DNA of 64,000 bases from the human T2T-CHM13v2.0 reference genome, Homo sapiens. The position numbers and the translations under genes are program-made. Location: the NCBI RefSeq assembly GCF_009914755.1, contig NC_060933.1, one strand, 5' to 3'. A model generated the notes under the pieces. It ran no database searches. It saw only the letters and a list, made by a program, of their open reading frames with translations, and was not told where the DNA came from. Shown here one piece after another: positions 13,301 through 27,700 of the stretch (its first letter is position 1; each line of letters begins with the position of its first letter).

Positions 13301-16300
13301 TCGTTCCATTCCATTCTATTCCGCATCATTCCATTCCATTCCATTCCATTCCGTTCCATTCCATTCCATTGTACTCGGGTTGATTCCATTCCATTGCATT
13401 CCATTCCACTCCATTCCATTCCATTCCGTTGCATTCTATTCCATTACATTCGGATTGATTCTATTCAACTCCCTTACTCTCCATTACATTCCATTCCATT
13501 CGGGTTGTTCCATTCCATTCCATTCCATTCCACTCCATTCCATTGCACTCGGGTTGATTCCATTCCATTCCATTCCATTCCATTCCATTCCATTCCGGAT
13601 GATTCCATTCCATTGCATTCCGTTCCATTACATTCCCCTGCTCTCGCGTTGATTCCATTCCATTCCATTCCATTCCATTCCATTCCATTACAATTCGTTC
13701 CATTCCATTCTATTCCGTACCATTCCATTCCATTCCATACCATTCCATTCCATTCCATTCCATTCCATTCCGTTCCATTCCGTTCCATTCCATTCCATTC
13801 CATTCTATTCGGATTAATTCCATTCCATTGCATTCCATTCCATTCTATTCCATTCCATTGCAATCGAGTTGAATCCATTGCATTTCATTCCATTCCATTC
13901 CATTCCATTCCATTCCGGAAGATTCCATTCCATTGCATTCCATTCCATTCCAATCCCCTGCACTCGCGTTGATTCCATTCCATTCCATTCCATTCCATTC
14001 CATTCCGTTCCGTTCCATTCCATTCCATTCCATTCCATTCCATTCCATTCCGTTCCGTTCCGTTCCGTTCCATTCCATTCCATTCCATTCTATTCGGGTT
14101 AATTCCATTCCATTCCATTCGATTGCAATCGAGTTGATTCCATTCCATTCCATTCCATTCCTTTCCATTCCATTACGGATGATTCCATTCCATTGCATTC
14201 CATTCCATTCCATTCCCCTGTACTCGGGTTGATTCCATTCCATTCCATTCCAATCCATGCCATTCCACTAGTGTTGATTTCATTCTTTCCATTCCATTCA
14301 AGTTGAATCCATTCCATTGCATTCCATTCCATTCGATTCCATTCGATTGCACTCGGGTTGATTCCATTCCATTGCATTCCATTCCATTCCATTCCACTCC
14401 ATTCCATTCCGTTCCGTTCCATTCCATTCCATTCCATTCCATTCCATTCCATTCCATTCCGTTCCGTTCCGTTCCGTTCCATTCCATTCCATTCCATTCT
14501 ATTCGGGTTAATTCCATTCCATTCCATTCGATTGCAATCGAGTTGATTCCATTCCATTCCATTCCATTCCTTTCCATTCCATTACGGATGATTCCATTCC
14601 ATTGCATTCCATTCCATTCCATTCCCCTGTACTCGGGTTGATTCCATTCCATTCCATTCCAATCCATGCCATTCCACTCGTGTTGATTTCATTCTTTCCA
14701 TTCCATTCAAGTTGAATCCATTCCATTGCATTCCATTCCATTCGATTCCATTCGATTGCACTCGGGTTGATTCCATTCCATTGCATTCCATTCCATTCCA
14801 TTCCACTCCATTCCATTCCGTTCCATTCCATTCCATTACTTTCGGATTGATTCTATTCAATTCCCTTACACTCCATTACATTCCATTCCGTTCGGGTAGT
14901 TTCCATTCCATTCCATTCCATTCCTCTCCATTCCATTGCACTCGGGTTGATTCCATTCCATTGCATTTCATTCCATTCCATTCAATTCCATTCCGTTCCA
15001 TTCCATTCCATTACATTCGGATTGATTCTATTCAACTCCCTTAATCTCCATTACATTCCATTCCATTCGGGTTGTTCCATTCCATTCCATTCCATTCCAC
15101 TCCATTCAATTGCACTCGCGTTGATTCCATTCCATTCCATTCCATTCCATTCCATTCCATTCCATTCCGGAAGATTCCATTCCTTTGCATTCCATTCCAT
15201 TCCATTCCCCTGCAGTCGCGTTGATTCCATTCCATTCCATTCTATTCCATTCCATTCCCTTCCTTTCCGTTCCATTCCATTCCATTCCATTCCATTCCGT
15301 TCCATTCCGTTCCGTTCCGTTCCATTCCATTCCATTCCATTCTATTCGGGTTAATTCCATTCCATTCCATTCGATTGCAATCGAGTTGATTCCATTCCAT
15401 TCCATTCCATTCCATTCCATTCCATTCCTTTCCATTCCATTACGGATGATTCCATTGCATTGCATTCCATTCCATTCCATTCCCCTGTACTCGGGTTGAT
15501 TCCATTCCATTCCATTCCAATCCATGCCATTCCACTCGTGTTCATTCCATTCTTTTCATTCCATTCAAGTTGAATCCATTCCATTGCATTCCATTCCATT
15601 CGATTCCATTCGATTGCACTCGGGTTGATTCCATTCCGTTGCATTCCATTCCATTCCATTCTATTCCATTCCATTCCATTCCATTCCTTTCCATTCCATT
15701 TCATTACATTCAGATTTATTCTATTCAATTCCCTTACACTCCATTATATTCCAATCCATTCTGGTTGTCTCCATTCCATTCCATTCCATTTCACTCCATT
15801 CCATTGCACTCGGGTTGATTCCATTCCATTCCATTCCATTGTATTCCATTCCATTCAATTCCGGATGATTCGATTCCATTGCATTCCATTCCGTTCCATT
15901 CCCCTGCACTCGGGTTGATTCCATTCCATTCCATTCCATTACATTCCGTTCCATTCCATTCCATTCCATTCGGATTGATTCTATTCAATTCCCTTACAAT
16001 CCATTACATTCCATTCCATTCGGGTAGTTTCCATTCCATTCCATTCCATTCCTCTCCATTGCATTGCACTCGGGTTGATTCCCTTCCATTCCATTCAATT
16101 ACATTACATTACATTACATTCCGTTCCATTGTACTCGGGTTGATTCCATTCCATTGCATTCCATTCCATTCCATTCCATTCCATTCCATTCCATTCCATT
16201 CCATTACATTCGGATTGATTCTATTCAACTCCCTTACTCTCCATTACATTCCATTCCATTCGGGTTGTTCCATTCCATTCCGTTCCATTCCACTCCATTC

Positions 16301-18750
16301 CATTGCACTCGGGTTGATTCCATTCCATTCCATTCCATTCCATTCCATTCCATTCCATTCCGGATGATTCCATTCCATTGCATTCCGTTCCATTACATTC
16401 CATACAATTCCATTCCATTCCATTCCACTCCGTTCCGTTCCGTTCCGTTCCGTTCCCTTCCATTCCATTCCATTCTATTCGGTTTAATTCCATTCCATTC
16501 CATTCCATTCCATTCTATTCCATTCCATTGCAATCGAGTTGAATCCATTGCATTCCATTCCATTCCATTCCATTCCATTCCATTCCATTCCATTCCATTC
16601 CATTCCGGAAGATTCCATTCCATTGCATTCCATTCCATTCCATTCCATTCCATTCCATTCCATTCCATTCCATTCCATTCCATTCAACTTTACTCGGGTT
16701 GATTCCATTCCATTGCATTCCATTCCATTCCATTCCATTCCATTCCATTCCATTCCATTCCATTCCATTCCGTTCCATTCCATTCCATTACATTCGGATT
16801 GATTCTTTTCAACTCCCTTACTCTCCATTACATTCCATTCCATTCGGGTTGTTCCATTCCATTCCATTCCATTCCACTCCATTCCATTTCACTCGGGTTG
16901 ATTCCATTCCATTCCATTCCATTCCATTCCGGATGATTCCATTCCATTGCATTCCGTTCCATTACATTCCCCTGCACTCGGGTTGATTCCATTCCATTCC
17001 ATTCCATTCCATTCGATTCTATTCCATTCCCCTGCACTCGCGTTGATTCCATTCCATTCCATTCCATTCCATTCCATTCCATTCCATTCCTTTCCATTCG
17101 AGTCGTTTCCATTCCATTCCACTCGGGTTGATTCCATTCTATTAGATTCCATTGCATTCCATTCCCTTCCCTTCCACTCTGGTTGATTCCATTCCTTTCC
17201 ATTCCACTCGAATACATTCCCTCCTATTCCACTCGGAACGATTCCATTCCATTCCATTCCATTGCATTCCATTCCATTCAATTTTTTTCCATTCCATTCT
17301 ATTCCGTATCATTCCATTCCATTCCATTCCATTCCATTGCATTCCATTCCATTCCACTCGTGTTGATTCCATTCCTTTCCATTCCATTCGGTTTGAAGGT
17401 ATTCCATTCCATTCCATTCCATTCCATTCCATTCCATTCCATTGTACTCGGGTTGATTCCATTCCATTGCATTCCATTCCATTCCATTCCATTCCATTCC
17501 GTTGCATTCCATTCCATTACATTCGGATTGATTCTATTCAACTCCCTTACTCTCCATTCCATTCCATTCCATTCGGGTTGTTCCATTGCATTCCATTCCA
17601 TTCCACTCCATTCCATTGCAGTCGGGTTGATTCCATTCTATTCCATTCCATTCCATTCCATTCCGGATGATTCCATTCCATTGCATTCCGTTCCATTACA
17701 TTCCTCTGAACTCGCGTTGATTCCATTCCATTCCATTCCATTCCATTCCATTCCATTCCATTCCATTACAATTCGTTCCATTCCATTCTATTCCGTACCA
17801 TTCCATTCCATTCCATACCATTCCATTGCATTCCATTCCATTCCATTCCGTTCCATTCCGTTCCATTCCATTCCATTCCATTCTATTCGGGTTAATTCCA
17901 TTCCATTCCATTCCATTCCATTCCATTCCATTCCATTCCATTCTATTCCATTCCATTGCAATCGAGTTGAATCCATTGCATTTCATTCCATTCCATTCCA
18001 TTCCATTCCATTCCGGAAGATTCCATTCCATTGCATTCCATTCCATTCCATTCCCCTGCACTCGCGTTGATTCCATTCCATTCCATTCCATTCCATTCCA
18101 TTCCATTCCGTTCCGTTCCGTTCCATTCCATTCCATTCCATTCCATTCCATTCCGTTCCGTTCCATTCCATTCCATTCCATTCTATTCGGGTTAATTCCA
18201 TTCCATTCCATTTGATTGCAATCGAGTTGATTCCATTCCATTCCATTCCATTCCATTCCATTCCTTTCCATTCCATTACGAATGAGTCCATTCCATTACA
18301 TTCCATTCCATTCCATTCCCCTGTACTCGGATTGATTCCATTCCATTCTATTCTAATCCATGCCATTACACTCATGTTGATTCCATTCTTTCCATTCCAT
18401 TCAAGTTGAATCCATTCCATTGCATTCCATTCCATTCGATTCCATTCGATTGCACTCGGGTTGATTCCATTCCATTGCATTCCATTCCTTTCCATTCCAT
18501 TCCATTCCATTCCATTCCCTTCCATTCCATTCCATTACATTCGGATTGATTCTATTCAACTCCCTTACTCTCCATTACATTCCATTCCATTCGGGTTGTT
18601 CCATTCCATTCCATTCCATTCCACTCCATTCCATTGCACTCGTGTTTATTCCATTCCATTCCATTCCATTCCATTCCATTCCATTCCATTCCATTCCGGA
18701 AGATTCCATTCCATTGCATTCCATTCCATTCCATTCCTTTCCGTTCCATT
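10400..18750 (+). repeat. ~2.2-kb dispersed duplication, offset ~6.15-6.22 kb (~10400-12590 and ~16620-18750)
   Basis: Shared variants: CCATTTCACTCGGG (10661/16884), CGATTCTATTCCATTCCCC (10791/17014), CCCTTCCCTTCCACTCTGG, CCATTTGATTGCAATC (12035/18208), CCATTACACTCATGTTG (12210/18363). Confidence 0.8.
14001..14818 (+). repeat. Near-perfect 409-bp tandem duplication
   Basis: TATTCGGGTTAA at 14091 and 14500. Private variant GTGTTGATTTCATTCTTTCC at 14271 and 14680. ORF coordinates 14099/14508, 14173/14582 and 14303/14712 all differ by 409. Confidence 0.92.
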
Positions 18751-21700
18751 CCATTCCATTCCATTCCATTCCATTCCAATCCATTCCATTCCGTTCCGTT
18801 CCATTCCATTCCATTCCATTCCATTCTATTCAGGTTAATTCCATTCCATTCCATTCGATTGCAATCGAGTTGATTCCATTCCATTCCATTCCATTCCATT
18901 CCATTCCATTCCTTTCCATTCCATTACGGATGATTCCATTCCATTGCATTCCATTCCATTACATTCCCCTGCACTCGCGTTGATTCCATTCCATTCCACT
19001 CCATTCCGTTCAATTCCATTCCATTACAATTCATTCCATTCCATTCTATTCCGTACCATTCCATTCCATTCCATACCATTCCATTCCATTCCATGCCATT
19101 CCATTCCGTTCCATTCCGTTCCATTCCATTCCATTCCATTCTATTCGGGTTAATTCCATTCCATTCCATTCCATTCCATTCCATTCCATTCCATTCTATT
19201 CCATTCCATTGCAATCGAGTTGAATCCATTGCATTTCATTCCATTCCATTCCATTCCATTCCATTCCGGAAGATTCCATTCCATTGCATTCCATTCCATT
19301 CCATTCCCCTGCACTCGCGTTGATTCCATTCCATTCCATTCCATTCCATTCCATTCCATTCCGTTCCGTTCCGTTCCGTTCCGTTCCATTCCATTCCATT
19401 CCATTCCATTCCATTCCGTTCCGTTCCATTCCATTCCATTCCATTCTATTCGGGTTAATTCCATTCCATTCCATTCCATTGCAATCGAGTAGAATCCATT
19501 CCATTCCATCCCATTCCATTCCATTCCTTTCCATTCCATTATGGATGATACCATTCCATTGCATTCCATTCCATTCCATTCCCCTGTACTCGGGTTGATT
19601 CCAATCCATTCCATTCCAATCCATGCCATTCCACTCGTGTTGATTCCATTCTTTCCATTCCATTCAAGTTGAATCCCTTCCATTGCATTCCATTCCATTC
19701 GATTCCATTCGATTGCACTCGGGTTGATTCCATTCCATTGCATTCCATTCCATTCCATTCCATTCCATTCCGTTCCATTCCATTTCATTACATTCAGATT
19801 GATTCTATTCAATTCCCTTACACTCCATTATATTCCAATCCATTCTGGTTGTTTCCATTCCATTCCATTCCATTTCACTCCATTCCATTGCACTCGGGTT
19901 GATTCCATTCTATTCCATTCCATTCCATTCCATTCCGGATGATTCCATTCCATTACATTCCGTTCCATTACATTCCCCTGCACTCGCGTTGATTCCATTC
20001 CATTCCATTCCATTCCATTCAATTCCATTCCATTACAATTCTTTCCATTCCATTCTATTCCGTACCATTCCATTCCATTCCATACCATTGCATTGCATTC
20101 CATTCCATTCCATTCCGTTCCATTCCGTTCCATTCCATTCCATTCCATTCTATTCGGGTTAATTCCATTCCATTCCATTCCATTCCATTCCATTCCATTC
20201 TATTCCATTCCATTGCAATCGAGTTGAATCCATTGCATTTCATTCCATTCCATTCCATTCCATTACGGAAGATTCCATTCCATTGCATTCCATTCCATTC
20301 CATTCCCCTGCACTCGCGTTGATTCCATTCCATTCCATTCCATTCCATTCCATTCCATTCCATTCCATTCCGTTCCGTTCCGTTCCATTCCATTCCATTC
20401 CATTCCATTCCGTTCCGTTCCATTCCATTCCATGCCATTCTATTCGGGTTAATTCCATTCCATTCCATTTGATTGCAATCGAGTTGATTCCATTCCATTC
20501 CATTCCATTCCATTCCATTCCATTCCATTCCTTTCCATTCCATTACGGATGATTCCATTCCATTGCATTCCATTCCATTCCATTCCCCTTTACTCGGATT
20601 GATTCCATTCCATTCTATTCTAATCCATGCCATTCCACTCGTGTTGATTCCATTCTTTCCATTCCATTCAAGTTGAATCCATTCCATTGCATTCCATTCC
20701 ATTCGATTCCATTCGATTGCACTCGGGTTGATTCCATTCCATTGCATTCCATTCCATTCCATTCCATTCCATTCCATTCCATTCCCTTCCATTCCATTCC
20801 ATTACATTCGGATTGATTCTATTCAACTCCGTTACTCTCCATTACATTCCATTCCATTCGGGTTGTTCCATTCCATTCCATTCCATTCCACTCCATTCTA
20901 TTGCACTCGGGTTTATTCCATTCCATTCCATTCCATTGCATTCCATTCCATTCCATTCCGGAAGATTCCATTCCATTGCATTCCATTCCATTCCATTCCA
21001 TTCCAATCCATTCCATTCCGTTCCGTTCCATTCCATTCCATTCCATTCCATTCCATTCTATTCGGGTTAATTCCATTCCATTCCATTCGATTGCAATCGA
21101 GTTGATTCCTTTCCATTCCATTCCATTCCATTCCATTCCATTCCATTCCTTTCCATTCCATTACGGATGATTGCATTCCATTGCATTACGTTCCATTACA
21201 TTCCCCTGCACTCGCGTTGATTCCATTCCATTCCATTCCATTGAATTCCATTCCATTACAATTCGTTCCATTCCATTCTATTCCATACCATTCCACTCCA
21301 TTCCATACCTTTCCATTGCATTCCATTCCATTCCATTCCATTCCATTCCGTTCCATTCCATTCCATTCCATTCTATTCGGGTTAATTCCATTCCATTCCT
21401 TTCCATTCCATTCCATTCCATTGTATTCCATTCCATTGCATTCGAGTTGAATCCATTGCATTTCATTCCATTCCATTCCATTCCATTCCATTCCATTCCA
21501 TTCCGGAAGATTCCATTCCATTGCATTCCATTCCATTCCATTCCCCTGCACTCGCGTTGATTCCATTCCATTCCATTCCATTCCATTTCGTTCCGTTCCA
21601 TTCCATTCCATTCCATTCCATTTTGTTCCGTTCCATTCCATTCCATTCCATTCTATTCGGGTTAATTCCATTCCATTCCATTCCATTGCAATCGAGTTGA

Positions 21701-24700
21701 TTCCATTCCATTCCATTCCATTCCATTCCATTCCATTCCTTTCCATTCCATTACGGATGATTCCATTCCATTGCATTCCATTCCATTCCATTCCCCTGTA
21801 CTCGGATTGATTCCATTCCATTCTATTCCAATCCATGCCATTCCACTCGTGTTGATTCCATTCTTTCCATTCCATTCAAGTTGAATCCATTCCATTGCAT
21901 TCCATTCCATTTGATTCCATTCGATTGCACTGGCGTTGATTCCATTCCATTGCATTCCATTCCATTCCATTCCATTCCATTCCATTCCATTCGGATTCAT
22001 TCTATTCAACTCCCTTACTCTCCATTACATTCCATTGCACTCGGGTTTATTCCATTCCATTCCATTCCATTCCATTCCATTCCATTCCGGAAGATTTCAT
22101 TCCATTGCATTCCATTCCATTCCATTCCCCTGCACTCGCGTTGATTCCATTCCATTCCATTCCATTCCATTCCATTCCATTCCATTCCTTTCCGTTCGAT
22201 TCCATTCCATTCCATTCCATTCCAATCCATTCCATTCCGTTCCGTTCCATTGCATTCCATTCCATTCCATTCTATTCGGGTTAATTCCATTCCATTCCAT
22301 TCGATTGCAATCGAGTTGATTCCATTCCATTCCATTCCATTCCATTCCATTCCATTCCTTTCCATTCCATTACGGATAATTCCATTCCATTGCATTCCAT
22401 TCCATTCCATTCCCCTGTACTCGGGTTGATTCCATTCCATTCCATTCCAATCCATGCCATTCCACTCGTGTTGATTCCATTCTTTCCATTCCATTCAAGT
22501 TGAATCCATTCCATTGCATTCCATTCCATTCCATTCCCCTGCAGTCGGGTTGATTCCATTTCATTCCATTCCATTCCATTCCATTCCATTCCATTCCGTT
22601 CCGTTCCATTCCATTCCACTCCATTCTATTCGGGTTAATTCCATTCCATTCCATTCCATTCCATTCCATTCCATTCCATTCCAATCGAGTTGATTCCATT
22701 CCATTCCATTCCATTCCATTCCACTCCATTCCAGTCCTCTCCATTCCATTCCACTCGGGTTGATTCCAATGTATTCCTTTCCATTCCATTCCATTCCATT
22801 GCAATCGGGTTGATTCCATTGCTTTGCATTCCATTCCATTCCATTCCATTCCATTCCATTCCATTCCATTCCACTCGTGTTGATTCCATTCCTTTCCATT
22901 CCATTCGGTTTGAAGGTATTCCATTCCATTCCATTCCATTCCATTCCATTCCGTTCCATTCCATTGTACTCGGGTTGATTCCATTCCATTGCATTCCATT
23001 CCATTAAATTCCATTCCATTCCGTTGCATTCCATTCCATTACGTTCTGATTGATTCTATTCAACTCCCTTACTCTCCATTACATTCCATTCCATTCGGGT
23101 TGTTCCATTCCATTCCATTCCATTCCACTCCATTCAATTGCACTCGGGTTGATTCCATTCCATTCCATTCCATTCCATTCCATTCCGGATGATTCCATTC
23201 CATTGCATTCCGTTCCATTACATTCCCCTGCACTCGCGTTGATTCCATTCCATTCCATTCCATTCCATTGAATTCCATTCCATTACAATTCGTTCCATTC
23301 CATTCTATTCCGTACCATTCAATTCCATTCCATACCATTCCATTGCATTCCATTCCATTCCATTCCGTTCCATTCCGTTCCATTCCATTCCATTACATTC
23401 TATTCGTGTTAATTCCATTCCATTCCATTCCATTCCATTCCATTCCATTCCATTCCATTCTATTCCATTCCTTTGCAATCGAGTTGAACCCATTGCATTT
23501 CATTCCATTCCATTCCATTCCATTCCATTCCGGAAGTTTCCATTCCATTGCATTCCATTCCATTCCATTCCCCTGCACTCGCGTTGATTCCATTCCATTC
23601 CATTCCATTCCATTCCATTCCATTCCATTCCATTCCTTTCCGTTCCATTCCATTCCATTCCATTCCATTCCATTCCAATCCATTCCATTACGTTCCGTTC
23701 CATTCCATTCCATTCCATTCCATTCCATTCTATTCGGGTTAATTCCATTCCATTCCATTCGATTGCAATCGAGTTGATTCCATTCCATTCCATTCCATTC
23801 CATTCCATTCCTTTCCATTCCATTACGGATGATTCCATTCCATTGCATTCCATTCCATTCCATTCCCCTGTACTCGGGTTGATTCCATTCCATTCCATTC
23901 CAATCCATGCCATTCCACTCGTGTTGATTCCATTCTTTCCATTCCATTCAAGTTGAATCCATTCCATTGCATTCCATTCCATTCCATTCCCCTGCAGTCG
24001 GGTTGATTCCATTCCATTCCATTCCATTCCGTTCCATTCCTTTCCATTCCATTCCATTCCATTCCATTCTATTCGGGTTAATTCCATTCCATTCCATTCC
24101 ATTCCATTCCATTCCATTCCATTCCAATCGAGTTGATTCCATTCCATTCCATTCCATTCAATTCCACTCCATTCCATTCCATTCCACTCCATTCCAGTCC
24201 TTTCCATTCCATTCCAGTCGGCTTGATTCCAATGTATTCCTTTCCATTCCTTTCCATTCCATTGCAATCGAGTTGATTCCATTGCTTTGCATTCCATTCC
24301 ATTCCATTCCATTCCGGATGATTCCATTCCATTGCATTCCATTCCATTCGATTCCCCTGCACTCGGGTTGATTCCATTCCATTCCACTCCATTCCATTCC
24401 ATTCCATTCCATTCCATTCCATTCCATTCCATTGCATTACAATCGAGTTGATTCCATTCCATTCCATTCCATTCCAGTCCTTTCCATTCCATTCCACTCG
24501 GGTTGATTCCATTCTATTAGTTTCCATTCCATTCCATTCCCTTCCATTCCACTCTGTTTGATTCCATTCCTTTCCATTCCACTCGAATACATTCCCTCCT
24601 ATTCCACTCGGAACGATTCCATTCCATTCCATTCCATTCCATTCCCTTCCATTCCATTCCATTTCGTTCCATTCCATTCTATTCCGTATCATTCCATTTC

Positions 24701-27700
24701 ATTCCATTCCATTCCATTCCATTCCATTCCATTCCATTCCATTGTACTCAAGTTGATTCCATTCCATTGCATTCCATTCCATTCCATTCCATTCCTTTCC
24801 ATTCCATTCTATTCCGTTGCTTTCCATTTCATTACATTCGGATTGATTCTATTCAACTCCCTTACTCTCCATTACATTCCATTCCATTCGGGTTGTTCCA
24901 TTCCATTCCATTCCATTCCACTCCATTCCATTGCACTCGGGTTGATTCCATTCCATTCCATTCCATTCCATTCCATTCCGTATGATTCCTTTCCATTGCA
25001 TTCCGTTCCATTACATTCCCCTGCACTCGCGTTGATTCCATTCCATTCCATTCCTTTCCATTCAATTCCATTCCATTACAATTCGATCCATTCCATTCTA
25101 TTCCGTACCATTCCATTCCATTCCATACCATACCATTCCATTCCATTCCGTTCCATTCCGTTCCATTCCATTCCATTCCATTCAATTCGGATTAATTCCA
25201 TTCCATTCCATTCCATTCCATTCTATTCCATTCCATTGCAATCGAGTTGAATCCATTGCATTTCATTCCATTCCATTCCATTCCATTCCATTCCAGAATA
25301 TTCCATTCCATTGAATTCCATTCCATTCCATTCCCCTGCACTCACGTTGATTCCATTCCATTCCATTCCATTCCATTCCATTCCATTCCGTTCCGTTCCA
25401 TTCCATTCTATTCCATTCCGTTCCGTTCCATTCCATTCCATTCCATTCTATTCGGGTTAATTCCATTCCATTCCATTCGATTGCAATCGTGTTGATTCCA
25501 TTCCATTCCATTCCATTCCATTCCATTCCATTCCATTCCTTTCCATTGCATTACGGATGATTCCATTCCATTGCATTCCATTCCATTCCATTCCCCTGCA
25601 CTCGGGTTGATTCCATTCCATTCCACTCCATTCCATTGCACTCGGGTTGATTCCATTGAATTCCATTCCATTCCATTCCGGATGATTCCATTCCATTGCA
25701 TTCCATTCCATTCCATTCCCCTGCACTCGGGTTGATTCCATTCCATTCCACTCCATTCCGTTCCATTCCATTCCATTCCATTGTATTCGGGTTAATTCCA
25801 TTCCATTCCATTCCATTCCATTCCATTCCATTCCATTCCATTCCATTACAATCGAGTTGATTCCATTCCATTCCGTTCCATTCCATTCCAGTCCTTTCCA
25901 TTCCATTCCACTCGGGTTGATTCCATTCTATTAGTTTCCATTCCATTCCATTCCCTTCCATTCCACTCTGGTTGATTCCATTCCTTTCCATTCCACTCGA
26001 ATAGATTCCCTCCTATTCCACTCGGAACGATTCCATTCCATTCCATTCCATTCCATTCCATTCCATTCCATTCCATTCCGTTCCAATCCATTCCATTCCA
26101 TTCCATTTCGTTCCATTCCATTCTATTCCATATCATTCCATTCCATTCCATTCCATTCCATTCCATTCCATTCCATTCGTGTTGATTCCATTCCTTTCCA
26201 TTCCATTCGGTTTGAAGGCATTCCATTCCATTCCATTCCATTCCATTCCATTCCATTCCATTGTACTCGGGTTGATTCCATTCCATTGCATTCCATTCCA
26301 TTCCATTCCATTCCATTCCATTCCGTTGCATTCCATTCCATTACATTCGGATTGATTCTATTCAACTCCCTTACTCTCCATTACATTCCATTCCATTCGG
26401 GTTGTTCCATTCCATTCCATTCCATTCCACTCCATTCCATTGCACTCGGGTTGATTCCATTCCATTCCATTCCATTCCATTCCGGATGATTCCATTCCAT
26501 TGCATTCCGTTCCATTACATTCCCCTGCACTCGCGTTGATTCCATTCCATTCCATTCCTTTCCATTCCATTCCATTCCATTCCTTTCCATTCCATTACGG
26601 ATGATTTCATTCCGTTCCATTCCATTCCATTCCATTCTGTTCGGATTAATTCCATTCCATTCCATTCCATTCCATTCCATTAGATTCCATTCTATTCCAT
26701 TCCATTGCAATCGAGTTGAATCCATTGCATTTCATTCCATTCCATTCCGTTCCATTCCATTCCGGAACATTCCATTCCATTGCATTCCATTCCATTCCCT
26801 TCCCCTGCACTCGCGTTGATTCCATTCCATTCCATTCCATTCCATTCCATTCCATTCCATTCCGTTCCGTTCCGTTCCATTCCATTCCATTCCATTCCAT
26901 TCCATTCCGGAAGATTCCATTCCATTGCATTCCATTGCATTCCATTCCATTCCATTCCATTCCATTCCATTCCATTTCATTGTACTCGGGTTGACTCCAT
27001 TACATTGCATTCCATTCCATTCCATTCCATTCCATTCCATTCCGTTCCATTCCATTCCACTACATTCGGATTGATTCTTTTCAACTCCCTTACTCTCCAT
27101 TACATTCCATTCCATTCGGGTTTTTCCATTCCATTCCATTCCATTCCACTCCATTCCATTGCACTCGGGTTGATTCCATTCCATTCCGGATGATTCCATT
27201 CCATTGCATTCCGTTCCATTACATTCCCCTGCACTCGGGTTGATTCCATTTCATTGCATTCCATTCCATTCGATTCCATTCCATTCCCCTGCACTCGCGT
27301 TGATTCCATTCCATTCCATTCCATTCCATTCCATTCCATTCCATTCCATTCCATTCCATTCCTTTCCATTCCAGTCCTTTACATTCCATTCCACTCGGGT
27401 TGATTCCATTCTATTAGTTTCCATTCCATTCCATTCCCTTCCATTCCACTCTGGTTGATTCCATTCCTTTCCATTCCACTCGAATACATTCCCTCCTATT
27501 ACACTCGGAACGATTCCATTCCATTCCATTCCATTCCATTCCATTCCATTCCATTCCATTCCATTCCATTTCGTTCCATTCCATTGTATTCCGTATCATT
27601 CCATTCCATTCCATTCCATTCCATTCCATTCCTTTCCGTTCCATTCCATTCCATTCCAATCCATTCCATTCCGTTCCGTTCCATTCCATTCCATTCCATT

